Assembly (NCBI GenBank): GCA_951406725.2
Contig: OX597822.1
Location: forward strand, 41,912,001 to 41,976,000
Origin: Octopus vulgaris
Lineage: Eukaryota
DNA length: 64,000 nucleotides
Reading direction: 5' to 3'
Made by a program: the position numbers and the translations under genes. Positions within the stretch are counted from its first letter, which is position 1. Each line of letters starts with the position of its first letter. A model generated the notes under the pieces. That model worked only from the letters and a program-made list of their open reading frames with translations, was not told the DNA's origin and ran no database searches. Positions 13,401-27,075 of this stretch are shown here, piece by piece.

Positions 13401-14168
13401 CTCCCCCCAACTATATAGTTTCAAGTTCAGTTTCACTATGCAGCACCTTGGACAAGTGTTTTCTATTATAGCCCCAGGCCAACCAATGCCTTGCAAGTGG
13501 ATTTGATTGATGGAAACTGAATGGAAGCATGTTGTATATGTGTGTGTGTTGCCCACCTGTGTTCCTATTCTTGTGACTTTGCCATTTGACAAAAGAGATC
13601 AATAGAGTAAAAACCAGACCAGGAGTGATTTGTTCTGCAAAACCCTCCAGGACAGTGCCCCAGCATAGCTGCAGTTCAATGGCTGAAACAAGTAAAAGAA
13701 CAGACAATAGAAGCACACACACACACATATATATGTATGTATGTATATATATACACATATACATGTGTTTGTGTGTATTCAGTGACTAAAGGCGTTGAGA
13801 GTTTTGTGTATTGAAATTTGATAATAGCAGTGCACAACACCCTTAACCATTACAGCTGAATAAAATATGTACAATTTTTATATACTGAGTCTTGTTTGTT
13901 TCAACAAGCCTACACACATGCACAAATACTTAACTTGAACATCTACTCACTCCCTTGATTTTATCAGTGAGAAAGAAAGTGCAAAAGCTCTCGGCACTGA
14001 CCCCTTCCTCAAGCCAATATATGTACGTATGCACGTGTTGTGACAGCACATGACCTAGCAGTTAGGGTCTTACACTCAAGATTGCAAGATCATAGCTCTG
14101 TGAACACTTTGACATCTGTTGTGTTGTACACCATGCACCTGTATAGGTACTATATATATATATATATA

Positions 14169-14815
14169 TCATCATCATCATCATCATCATTTAGCGTCCG
14201 TTTTCCATGCTAGCATGGGTTGGACGGTTCTGCTGGGGTCTGTGAAGCCAGAAGGCTTCATCAGGCCCAGTCAAATCTGGCAATGTTTCTACGGCTGGAT
14301 GCCCTTCCTAACGCCAACCACTCCGTGAGTGTAGTGGGTGCTTTTTACGTGCCACCCGCACTGGTGCCAGCCAGAGCTGGCAAACGGCCACGAACGGATG
14401 GTGTTTTTTATGTGCCACCGGCACGAGGGCCAGGCGAGGCTGGCAACGAACACGAAACGGGGCGGTGCTGGCAACGGTCGCGAAACGGAAGGTTCTCTTA
14501 CATGCCACCGGCACTGGTAACACATCTGCAATTTCCATTGATCGATTTCCATTGATCGATTTCGATTCTGATCCTCACTTGCCTCAACGGGTCTTCACAA
14601 GCAGAGTTTCGACATGCCACCGGCACTGGTAGCACATCCGCAATTTCCATTGATCGATTTCGATTCTGATCCTCACTTGCCTCAACACGTCTTCACAAGT
14701 AGAGTTTTGTGTCCCAAGAAGGGAAGGTATGCATACGTAGGCTGGCTCCATCCCATGTAGAAGGTCACGGGTTGTGGACTCACTTGTCCTGCCGGGTCTT
14801 CTCGCGCACAGCACA
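14169..14815 (-). mobile_element. Family B retroposon, representative copy: RTE-type 3' end (..ccaacccatgctagcatggaaaacggacgctaaa-(tga)n)
   Basis: Other copies, + strand: about 1960-2360, 25880-26226, 36428-36590, 38365-38472, 42890-43050, 47870-47997. Minus strand: about 7834-8060, 34884-35110, 50784-50945, 53890-54060, 62364-62470. Variable 5' truncation with a shared (ATG)n tail. Confidence 0.88.
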
Positions 14816-14835
14816 ATATATATATATATATTTAT

Positions 14836-15118
14836 ATATATTATATTAAATTAGAGATAAAACCACTATTAGGCAAATCATACAATGAAAAACTTAAGCC
14901 AATACATAAGATTAATTAATTTATATTATTTAAATATATATCAAAATTATTAAAAAAGATAATTAATATAACGATTGTAGTGTTATATTAATTATCTTTT
15001 TTAATAATTTTGATATATATTTAAATAATATAAATTAATTAATCTTATGTATTGGCTTAAGTTTTTCATTGTATGATTTGCCTAATAGTGGTTTTATCTC
15101 TAATTTAATATAATATAT
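14836..15118. repeat. Perfect 137-bp-arm palindrome with a 9-nt spacer, within a TA-flanked element extending to about 15192
   Basis: 14836-14972 is the reverse complement of 14982-15118; spacer gattgtagt. TA runs lie on both sides. Confidence 0.92.
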
Positions 15119-15189
15119 TTTACTATAAAATTGGATTCAATCCTAAATCTGATTTTTCCCTGTAAGTTTGGATTTATTCCCTAATATTT

Positions 15190-15229
<40 letters not shown>

Positions 15230-16859
15230 TTCAACTATTATTACCTAATATTCTAAAAAGTATCTTGAGTCAGTTTCTAGAGTAGCTAGAAACTGACTCA
15301 AACAAAATAAAAATATTACTAATCTTCACTATAGGCACAGGCGTGGCTGTGTGGTAAGAAGCTTGCTTCCCAGCCACATGGTTCTGGGTTCAGTCTCACT
15401 GTGTGGCTCCTTGAGCGAGTATCTTCTACTATAGCCTCAAGCCAACCAAAGCCTTGTGAGTGGATTTGGTAGATGGAAATTGAAAGAAACCCATCATATA
15501 TATGTGTGTGTGTGTGTGTCTGTGTTTATCCCTCACTATCACTTGACAACCTCTGTTGGTATGTTTGTGTCTCCCTACCTTAACGGTTCTGCAAAAGAGA
15601 CCAGTAGTACTAGGCTTTAAAAGAAATAAAATAAGTATTAGAACTGATTCATTTGACTAAAAAGTTTTCAAGGCAGTGCTCCAGCATGGCCGTAGTCTCA
15701 TGACTGAAAGAAGTAAAAGATAAAAGATCCAGTATTGAGTATTCTTTGAGTGTGGTTGGATGGATAGATAGACAGATTGATGATTAGCTATGAATGTATA
15801 ATCTATGTGGTAAGTGACTTGTTTACCAACCACATGGTTCCAGGTTCAATCCCACTATGTGGCACCTTGGACAAGTGTCATCTACTATAGCCTCAGGCTG
15901 ACCAAAGCCTTGTGAGTGGATTTGGTAGATGGAGACTGAAAGAAGCCCGTCATATATGTGTGTGTGTTTATGTTTGTGTGTCTGTTTGTCCCCCCACCAT
16001 TGCTTGACAACCGATGTTGATGTGTTTACATCCCCGCAATGTATTGGTTCGGCAAAAGAGATCAATAGAATAAGTACTAGGCTAACAAAGCATAAGTCCT
16101 GGGGGTTAATTTGTTTGACTAAAGGCAGTGCTCCAGCGTGGTCGCAGTCACATGACTGAAACAAATAAAAGAATGCTACCAATTATTGCATCAAAGAAGG
16201 TACTGTCACTAATTCTTATTCATGATTCTTAGAAATTTCCCCATAAGCAGGAATTATCAGAGCAAATCATTTTCTATTAAGAACTAGTCAAGTAAGGGAT
16301 ATGTACCTGATCTTTGACCCCCGTGATTACTAAGGTGGGTCACTCAGTTAAAAATATACCACACCCAACTCCATAGCTCTAGAGGGTTTTTCTACAAATT
16401 TGCTCGATGTGCTAGAAATAGCAGCCAAATCTCTTTTTAAAGAGAGGGCGCATATGATGAAGTTTTCAAGGGTGGTCATAATTGGGCTGTCTTTGATCAT
16501 AGCTTTGTTGGATCAAGGCAGGCACACACATATAGTCACATACATATATAATTATACAAGTAGATGGATTATTACGTACATCACCATTACAAACATTCCT
16601 ACACAAACAAACAGACACATACGCACGCACACACACACTCACACTAAAATAGACATACACATACATATTGTATAATATACTGCGATCAGGTAGGGCTGGG
16701 AGGCGTAACAACAGTATGTGTGTATGTGTTGAAATACTGTCACACATTTCCACTGTATAGTCACAACACGCACTCAAATTCCTGTTCACAGTTGCACACA
16801 CATATGCCTGTATGTATACATATACACATACACACACACACAGACATTGAGTAAAACAT

Positions 16860-17546
16860 TCTTAGCTGCCGGAGTGAGTGGTGTATGAAAGATGGGGAGG
16901 AGGAGGTGGTGGTGGTGTCTGTGACGACCGTGTGAACTGAGGAGGAAATGTTGAGATATGTGACGGAGGAGTAGTGGTAGGTATTGTCGGCAGGGACGTA
17001 GAAAGAAGTAGTGAGAGAGAAAGAGAGCAACAGGATACATGAGGAGAGGGTGGTGTGGAGTGAGAGAAGAGTAAACATGTAAAGAAGGAGACAGAGACAT
17101 ATAGAAACTAATGAAAGAAGAGGGAGAGAGAAAGAAGGGTTGTACGAAAATCAAAGACACAACTCCTTCCCTTTCTCAGTTTATTATTAAGTATTATAAT
17201 ACTTTATAGCACGTTTGACTGCTGGCTAGGTTAGCTGTACAGCAAGTACCTGGTGCTGTAGGGTAACCAGCAGACACACGTGTACTACAGACTACACATA
17301 CACACACATATTTATGTACATACACAAACACATTATATACATACGCACACATACACGCACATAGGACGAGGATTAACTGTCCGGACGACTGTACAACAAC
17401 TGGATATTGAACTCGCGTATCTAATGCCATGCCTTTGGAATTATTAAGATTTCTGTGGTTACATAACTCCCGTGTGATATTTACCTGGGGAAGGGTATCC
17501 AGTGTGGCGCCACCCTAACGGGTGGTTATTGTTTTAAAAGGTAGGT
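16860..17546 (+). promoter_or_regulatory. Candidate internal promoter / alternative first exon
   Basis: Transposon-free, CpG-retaining unique sequence with a GA-rich tract, ending at the donor-like AAAAG|GTAGGT (17540/17541). Confidence 0.35.
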
Positions 17547-17658
17547 TTGTCTTTTACTTTTCTCACCCTAAATTTGACAACCGTTTCTTCACGTCATCTC
17601 CCTCCAGACGACAACATTTCTGATACCGCCTCTTTCTGTCTGTGTTGGAATGTGGTGG

Positions 17659-17699
<41 letters not shown>

Positions 17700-17869
17700 T
17701 ACACAACGACAACACTCATACTGTTGTGTGCATGTGCGTTTGTGTTTTATCTATGTGTATATACACTCTTGTAACGAATGTATGTATAACAAATATACCT
17801 ATATAATAAATATATCAATGTACAAAAGCATTTTACAAAATCTTTTGTTCTGATATATTGAGCGGGTAA

Positions 17870-18050
17870 ATTTTTTAGTCCCTGGTCAGCCGTAATCAAG
17901 CAGGCCTTTGATCAAAAGCATTCCAGTCATGACCGTCCCGTTGTTATAGAAGTATGTCCATAGTTGTGTCCTTACTGGGTTTTATTTTAAGAGATATTTG
18001 ATTGTTGTTTCTAGCAGTTCGGATCATCCTACAGAGGCTTCTTCGTCGGT
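17870..18050. repeat. Old dispersed repeat family D, representative copy (..ggtcagccctgatcaagcagacctatgatcaaaggcattccagccatgacc.. / ctagaaatagcagccaaatctc)
   Basis: Diverged copies in both orientations at about 11430-11800, 13120-13290, 16390-16520, 18690-18980, 21070-21280, 28540-28670, 41890-42050, 55250-55440, 55600-55770, 57930-58030, 63300-63370, 63725-63800. Confidence 0.75.
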
Positions 18051-20286
18051 TGGTGATAAATCCCGTTGTTAGTGGGATGTATGTGTGTATACACACACAC
18101 ATACACACGCGTATGTGTGCATTGTATACGCGAAAAAAGTATTGTAATGTGTCAGCAATAATCAAGCTGTGTATACATACATATGTTTATGTGTCTTGTT
18201 TGAATAAATGTGTCTATACTCAGTAACTAGTTTATCTTCTATACACACTAGAGTTGTGCAGGCGTAACAAATTGTAAATGTATTAAGATGTGTAACACAT
18301 ACATATATATATATATATATATATTGGTGGGGTAGTTACTGGAAGGTATAAAGTCAATTTATTGGTGTAATATATATAGCCGTGAGTGTGTTGTGTGTGT
18401 CTATAGCTATTTGCAATTATCACGCATCCACAGAGCTAGGACAAGTGAAAATATTGCTTGTTTGGAAGTGCTCACCTGTGAAAAACTACTATTCAGGGAG
18501 TTTGGTCAGCCTGTTGCTGTTTGTTAGCGGGACGCACCGAGTCGCACCTGTTCAGTGTGTTTTATGTCGACACTTGAGTAGTGATGGGGGCGGGGCAGTG
18601 TTGTTCTGGACTACACACACACAATTATACACATTCTAATTATAATTTTGTGTAATTTAGATATTAGGACTTACATTTTTTTCTAGTTATTTAATCCTAG
18701 TTCAGTTTTGATTAAGCAGACCTATGATTAAAGACAATCCAGTCATGACTTCCATATTTTCTTATGGTTAACTAGGACTTCATTTGCCAACATGTCTTCT
18801 TTTTGTGATGTTCTGTTTGAAATAGCAGCCAAATGTCCCTAAAATCACATCACTCCCTACTGTAGGAATCAACACATTAGATAATGGAGTCTTATCTCTA
18901 AAAAGGGCAAGATGGTCACAGATGCAATTATTTTAACCATAAACCTGCTCGACTAGGACTGACCTAGGGTTAAACAATAATTGTAGAACAGCTATCACTA
19001 TACATGTCAAGTACATTGCCACTACCAAGAATGTTGAACTACAAGACAACAATATACAAATAGGAAGGATGGTCACATTTTGAATGTGGTTGATTGTATG
19101 TCTGAAGCAGGGCTGACCTGGGTTTTAAACTACAGCATGGCATTATGTCATAAGTCAACAAAGATGCTTCATATCAGCTGTAGGCAAACTGCAGCCCACT
19201 GTTTCTGAATGGCACACATGATGAAAATTTACTTTGAATTTTTAGCTGTGTGATCCATCTGATGATGAGCCACATCTCATGTGGCCCTCTTCTCAAAAAA
19301 GATTACTCATGTTTGCTCTATGTGATTGACCTACCTGCTGGAAAAGGAGCAGGTTTATCCTTCATATTATTCACTAATATCTTGAAAAGGAGGGACATGT
19401 TGAATAATTTGTTCTTGAAAACTACATTGTCTCTGAAAGTGAAACTCATTGGTCACATTTTGAGTGTCTTGGATAACAGGTCACATTTGGACTGTCTCTG
19501 ACCACAGGTCTGTTGGATTAAATCTGGACTGCTTTTTATCACGTCTGTTGGTTCACAGATCACATCTGTTGAATCACATCTGGAAGGTCTTTAATCATAT
19601 ATCTACTGCATTATACTTGACAACAGCAAAAACATTCTTCTCTGCATCCCTCACACCCCATCCAAACTTGTAATCATACAGTTTTTTGGGCTGGTGATGA
19701 TGGTGGGGGTTTAACCAACATTGGCAATTTTTTTTTTATTGGTCTAAAGCAAGATGCTGTTCTTATTACAGCAGATGGGTGGGCGGGAGGAATATGAGGA
19801 ATGCACCAGTTGTTCTAACCAGAGGATTTAGTTCAAATTCCTCCGAGATCAGCTTTGTCTTCCATCATTTCATATTCGATAAAATAAGTACCAATTGCTG
19901 ACTGGGTTCAATGTAATCAAAGTAGCCCGTCTCCCAAAATTGCTGGCCTTGTGCCAAAATGTGAAATCGATATATGTATGGGAGTGAGACACAGTTTATA
20001 TATCCTGCTTCAGTACATGGGATGTGAAGAAATTAGTAAGAGAAAAGAACCCGACACTTATTTTTCCATTTTCCCAATCCTTTCAAACATTCACCCTTCT
20101 ACTCCCCTTCACCTGCTATTTCACATGAAACTCTTGACTAGTATTACATTTAAATTAACTACAGGTATCCTGTGTATTCCCACCCTATTGACATGCCTTT
20201 CATCTTTCCCGGGGCGGTGGTAGGAATGTAGCTGAAATACTGTACCAGCCAAGTACTGTGGCTTGTGTGCCTCAATCAGAAATTAT

Positions 20287-20324
<38 letters not shown>

Positions 20325-20501
20325 ATAATAATAATAATTTTCAACTAGCAATAACCACGCCTCGGATAACCCTCATTGGCTATAATAATAATAATAATGT
20401 TGCTATTGCATTCATGATGTTCTTTTATAATAAACTCTGGCTGAGGACCCAGATACCCTGACTGTTGGCTGTGGAAGTTTATGGAATGTATTAGTCACAG
20501 A

Positions 20502-20534
<33 letters not shown>

Positions 20535-23500
20535 CATCAAAGTGTATGGCAGTGTGCTTGATTTAGTGTGTGTGTACCATGTGTTAAGCTGGACCTCCTT
20601 TCCCTGTGTATGCTTGTAAACAGGTGTTCTCTTTCTGTATGCGTGTGTGATAAGATCACAAGTCAATGTTGTATATAGTTTAGATTTGAACTTTCTTCCT
20701 AGATTACAGAAGGTGGGGTGGGTCAGATCCAGTATCCCTTTGATGAATAGTGGATGTCACAGAAAGGGTCAGTTTCTGTACTCCTTTATTAAACATTTGA
20801 TGTTTCATAGGGGTCAGTTTCATTGATGTTGCAAAGGGGTCAATTTAAGGGATGTGTTATGTTTTTTAAATGAGTTTTACATAGGTGTGAGAGTTCTACA
20901 AATGTTTCTATTTACATCTAAATCAGGGTTTCTCATCTAACTGATCCCTTTTCCTCTCCATAACAGTACACCGAACCTTGTAGTAGGTATATTTATCATT
21001 GTCGTCATTGAGAAGGAGAGAGACGAATATATGCCTTACATAAAGACATGTAACATCAACCAACAATGAGGGAGCTGCTATGTATGGTCACTGAATCTGC
21101 TAAGAATAGCAGTGAAATCTCCCTTGGATCACACACTACTCTCTTTAATGATAGACTGACACATTGGATGTGATGTAGATGTAGAGTATATCTGAATAAA
21201 CTGCAACATGATGGTCATGGCTAGAATGCCTATGATCATAGGTGTGCTTAATCAGTGCTCACCTGGGATTAAACAACAAATACTGATGTGCTAATGGCCA
21301 GGTTTGAACTTTAAACCTTCTTGTAACAATATTCCAATGAGTGAAGCATGCAGTTTTAGGATACAGATTGTTACCTCTTTATATGATCTGTCTCCTCTGG
21401 ATGTCTGTGACTCTCTCCATTCTTAAGTAGTCATTATTTTGACTTGGTTGGACAGCCAGCTCCAGCTTGGCCAGACATGTCACTCCAGCTTGAACTGATT
21501 TCAGTCAAGGAGTGGAGAAGCTTCTGGCTGTTGTGTCTTTGACTTTTGTGCATTCACATTATCCAGAATATCACTGTCAAAACCCCACCATCCTTATACC
21601 CACTGTCTCCACCACCAGATGATTATGGTAGCCAAGCAACTAGACAGAACCCCCCCCCCCCCAAAAAAAAAAACTTCCCTCCATATACCATACTTGCTCC
21701 TACTTAAGGACTATACTTCACATATTACAGTTGTTAATGGTATGGAGTACAGTATGACAATTTGGACATATTGTGCTCTTTCTACTGTGTTATTGGTATA
21801 GACTACTGTGTGGCAGTTTGGACATGTATTCTCTTCACTGTCTATTGTACATATCATCATCTAACATGTGTCCATTGCTGGCATGGGTTGGACAGTTTGA
21901 TAGGAACTGCTGTGTCCAAGAACAACATTGAGCACCAGTGTCAGATTTGGCTTGTTTTTATATGGCTAGGTGCCCTTCTTAACACGAGCCTTTTTACAAC
22001 ATGGACTGGGTGTCACCTTGCAGTTAACAGGACTATGAGCCCTGGAGTAGATGGTGAGTGGTCAGTTTCATGCTAGGGGACAAGGGGATTACTCTGAGGG
22101 AAGGGGTGCAGAGCAGGTTCCTGCAGAGGAATCTGCATGCCTACTGATAAAAAAAAATAGTGGTTACTGGTATCTAGAAATGTTGTACTCTTTTCTACTG
22201 TCTACTGTGCGTAGTTGTTGATGCAGAGTACAGTGTGACAATTTAGACATGTACTCTTTTCCATGTTCACAGTATATATGACAGTGGTAATTGGTATAGA
22301 GTACAATTTAGTAATCTGGACATGTTATACTCTTTCTATTGTCTACCATACATACTTTATTTTGACAACCTCAGAAGGATGACAGGTAAATTTGAATTAG
22401 ACAAGATTTGAACTTTGAACATAAAGCTGCATAAACTATACAGCAATTATGTCTACTGGTCTTTTGAGATCGACCATCTTTGATGATGTTAGTGTTGATG
22501 ATGGTAATGATAATGGTGAAGGTGATAATGTTGCTGGCAATAGTGTTGGTGACAATAAGGTTGGTATTGATGATAATGTTGGCGATTATAATATTGGTGA
22601 TAATAATATGGATGTTAAGTTTTGGTTCCAGGGTGTGTTGCTTATGGCCAAGCATGATTAAACATACCTATTAGTAAAGCCACTCTAGCGATGACCATCA
22701 CAATTTGCATAGTTATTATTAAATTGTCCAATGGGATTTTAAATGATGATGATGTTGTTCCTTATTTTTTGAAGACATTTGCATGAAAAACAAAAATAAT
22801 TGTTAGCATATTTATGAAAAGGTCTAATAAAGCTGAAACATGTCCATAGTTGTCTCTCATATATACTGAAATGATTTTGAATAATAGTCATTAGTCTAAT
22901 TATTTCTGATTAAGTTTAACTAAAGTTCGCCACATTAAGCATGTTAACGTTGACTTAACTATTGTTTATTCATGGCGTCTCTGAACGATTAACTCCTTTC
23001 TTGTTTTGTTTTTTTAATGTCAACTAACATCTCGACTTGTTGGTGAGGAAACTGGATGAAATGTTGTACTCCTCTCTCCTCCTAATAAAGGAATTGGTAG
23101 CTCTCGTAATTATTCTTCTTGCTGTGTCCTTAATTAACAAACCAATAGCTCTTGTAATTATTCCTCTATTTGTTCAAGAATAAATGACACCATTGGTTGG
23201 TGTTAGTTTATCCATAACATAATACTTTCTATGGAAAATGTCAGTAAAATTGTTAGGTTGTTCACCACAATGATACCAAGTTGTTGGTTTGCTATTGGTG
23301 TTAATTATAAGGTACTAAGAAATAACTGATTAGAGATTAATAACAGTGAATTAATTGTATTGAACTGGGCAATATATTTTGCGTGAACCTACATGATTGA
23401 GTTCAGAGGGAGATTAGGTGAAGATAAGTGACTCACAGGAAGTAGTATTGAAATATTTATGTCAGAGGTCAGAGGTCATGAGTTTATTCAGTGTGAAATT

Positions 23501-24068
23501 TGGGGACATTCTAGATTCTGCTCTGGACTTATTATTTACTATACTAGTGTTAAAAGAGGTTCGTTACTAAAAAGTTCAGAACTGGTGTGTTTTATAGAAT
23601 CAACTGCCAATACATGTCAGAAAGGGTTAATTTCTCTCCTGTCCACCCTCTTTTACCACCCAACCATGCTGTCTATGACTGAAATCGTTTGATAAACAGA
23701 GAAAGCAGTGTGTGGTGATAAATTATGTTACTTTTTTCTTCACAAACAGGAAGTAGGTTCTGTTGAGAATTGAGTGAATTCATGGATAAAATGAAGAATT
23801 TTTTAAACTAAGACAAGCAGACCAAAAGTTGACTTAAAGTGCAGTTGCACTATAATAATAATAATAATTATTATTATTATTATTATTTCAAATTTTTGCC
23901 AAAAGGGCAGCTTGGGAGAGGTGGGGCTGAGTCGATTACATCAATCCCAGGGTTCAACTGGTATTTAATTTATCGACCCCAAAAGGATGAAAGGCAAAGT
24001 CAACCTCAGTGGAATTTAAACTCAAAATGCAATGACGGGAAAAATACTGCTAAGCATTTCGTCCAACG

Positions 24069-24091
24069 TAATAATAATAATAATAATAATA

Positions 24092-24124
<33 letters not shown>

Positions 24125-24159
24125 TAATAATAATAATAATAATAAATAATAATAATAAT
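24069..24159. repeat. (TAA)n microsatellite; representative of dozens of (TA)n, (CA)n, (CAT)n, (ACT/ACC)n and (TGG)n tracts
   Basis: Direct reading. Such tracts account for most of the listed ORFs (YIYI, HTHT, VVVV, PPLLL peptides). Confidence 0.97.
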
Positions 24160-25088
24160 TTCTACTATAGGCAGACGGCCTGAAATTTCTGGGAAGTGGG
24201 TAAGTCAATTACATCAACCCCAGTGCTCAGTTGGTACTTATTTTATGGACCCCAAAAGAATAAAAGACAGTCAACCTCAGCAGGATTTGAACTCAGAACA
24301 TAAAAATCGGACAAAATGCCACTAAGAATTTTGTCTGACATGCTAATGATTCTGCCACCTTGCCACCTTAAATACTAATAATTATAATTCTTTGTACTGT
24401 AGGCACAAGGCCTGAAATGTTGATGTAGTAGGTTAGTCTATTACATTGACCCCAATACTTATTAAGAGTCTTTCACGTCATCTTGAAGTAAAGACCCTGC
24501 AATAGTGTAAAAAGTAACAAATCAAGGCTGATTATTAGGTTTAATTACATGTTAATTATGATGAGCGTATTCAGTGTCTAACATAGTTTAGTTCTATTTT
24601 GTGTTCATAATTATAACAACATTTGTTGAGAATATCATCTATGATGTTTATAGCATAGTGTATGGTATCATGTATTTGTATATATGTGTGTGTGCGTGTA
24701 TGTATGTATGTAAACAAACACACACACACATGTATATACATACATATATATGTATATAAATATATCTTTTATCTTTTAGTTGTTTCAGTCATTAAACTGT
24801 GGCCATGGTGGAGCAGTATCTTTAATTTTTGGCTAACTGAATGGACACCTTTACTTTATTTTTTTTTTTATTAAGCCTTTTACTTAAACTTTCGGTCTCT
24901 GTTGTCATTCAGTGGTGGGGGACAAACGCAAACAAAGACATGCCCACACACACACACACAATGGGCTTCTTTCAGTTTCTGTCAACTAAATCCACTCACA
25001 AGGCTTTGGTCAGCTCAAGACTATATTAGGAACTGAACCCAGGACCATGTAGCTGGGAAGCAAATTTCTTACCACACAGCCACATCTA

Positions 25089-25161
<73 letters not shown>

Positions 25162-25677
25162 TGTTATACCTGTGGTCTTTATTTATTAAAAAACTGTTGA
25201 GAATGTTGGTCACATTAAAGCCATGAGTGTTGAATTGTTAAAGGTGAGGAAGTTAGGGTTCCTAGATAATATATAGTGGGTGTGTTATGTGATTGAGCAA
25301 GTGGGGTAGAGGGGATTAAATCAAAGCCACCTGACCTGAAAATCAGAACTTGTGGTGGTTTGTTGCTAAAAAAACCTGTCTGACCCATCACAACACTGAA
25401 CAATGCTTAAACAAACTACAATGAGTGGGTGGGAGTGTTTGTATTCACAATAAAGTTAGATCAAAGAAAAACATGATGTGGTGGTGGGAGTGATAGTACT
25501 GTGGGTGGTGGTTGCAGCAAGTTTGGCAAGAGAGGAGGGGGTGGTGGGGGTGGAATGGGGATGGCGGGGACAGGATTTGGGTTGCATCAGATTTGGTGGT
25601 TGTGGTAGTTTGTGACAGGAAGACTTCAGAAAAGTTATGAACAAATAAAAATAGATCCATATCTTCTGCTAAGTGTG

Positions 25678-25710
<33 letters not shown>

Positions 25711-25827
25711 CACCGTGATTACCATGACCGACCAAGCTATCAGATGTTACTACACATCGCTGGTCACAATGCGCTTTGCATTGTGTTAGCTTTCAAATGA
25801 CGCCACCCCACTGGCTAAGCGAGTAGG

Positions 25828-25880
<53 letters not shown>

Positions 25881-26249
25881 ACATCAGAATAAAAATCAAA
25901 TGGAAATTGTAGTTGTGATACCCACTGCCGGTGGCACGTAAAATACACCATCCAAACATGGCCAGTGCAAGCGCCGCCTTGACTGGCATCCATGCCAGTG
26001 GCACGTAAAAAGCACCAACCAATCGTGGACATTGCCAGCCTCCTCTGGCACATAAAATGCATCCACTACACTCATGGAGTGGTTGGCGTTGGGAAGGGCA
26101 TCGAGCTGTGGAAGCACTGCCAGATCAGACTAGAGCCTGGTGTAGCCTCCTGGCTTCCCAGACCACGGTTGAACCGTCCAACCCATGCTAGCATGGAAAA
26201 CGGACGTTAAACGATGATGATGATGATATATATATATAGAGAGAGAGAG

Positions 26250-26497
26250 CAGGGGTTCTCAATTGGAGCCCATATGACCCTTGAGGGTCTATGTATGATT
26301 TTGCTGTTAAAAATTGTGTGCGTTAAATCAGTTATACTTCTACAAGACAGAATATTTTAAGAATTCTTAATACAATTCCTAATAATATTTAATTTAAGTA
26401 TAGAAATATAATAGGATTTTGTTAAACATCGTGGGGTTCCAGTAAAGTAAAATAAAAATCAAGGCAGTCCATAGGCAAACATAATTGAGAACTACTG
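26250..26497. mobile_element. hAT (Charlie-like) MITE
   Basis: TIRs caggggttctcaatt / aattgagaactactg; internal similarity to 51369-51705. Confidence 0.8.
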
Positions 26498-27018
26498 ATA
26501 TATATAGCCTGTTTTGACACTAGGGGACCTTTAATTTTTTTAACAGCCTCAGGTGAAGGTTGAAGTGACAAATCAAATAACAGTACAAAACGGGGAAAGA
26601 AAAAAAGAACAAAAAAAGCACAGGAAGGGTTTTGTAGTCATGTGAGCTTGCATAGCAACTTTGCTAGTGACAGTTGCTGACAAAAAAACAAAAAAAAAAA
26701 AAGAAGCATTTAATGCATGCTGTACAGTGGTTGCTGTTAGGAAGGGAATCCAGCTGCAGAAACCATGCCAAATGGACACCGGAGCACAATGCAGTCCTTG
26801 AAACCATTGGATCCGGTCAAGCTGTTTTCAACTCATGCCAACATGGAACATGGATATTAAATGATGATATACATGTGTTTGTATGTGTATATACATATGC
26901 ACACACACACATACACACTCATGCACACATTCACTTAGCCATCACTCGCAAGTGAGTATGGCTTGGCAGCTTGTACCAAACTATCATTTAGTTGTTTTAC
27001 ATTTTTGTATGTGTACAT

Positions 27019-27075
<57 letters not shown>

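Noticed and set aside
14240-14270. Minus-strand CTGATGA-AGCC-ttct-GGCT within family B repeats
   Set aside because: No GAAA after the stem, and sister copies read ctggtgca or ctgatgca, so the core is not conserved.
14220-14555. Recurrent ORFs such as MFLRLDALPNANHSVSVVGAFYVPPA and QIHSQGFGRPEAIVEDTCPRCHAVGLNPEPCGW
   Set aside because: They recur because they are translations of SINE/retroposon copies, not a gene family.
25535-25582. G-quadruplex-forming G-tracts
   Set aside because: Present, but such G/T-rich low-complexity patches are common in the window and there is no evidence of function.
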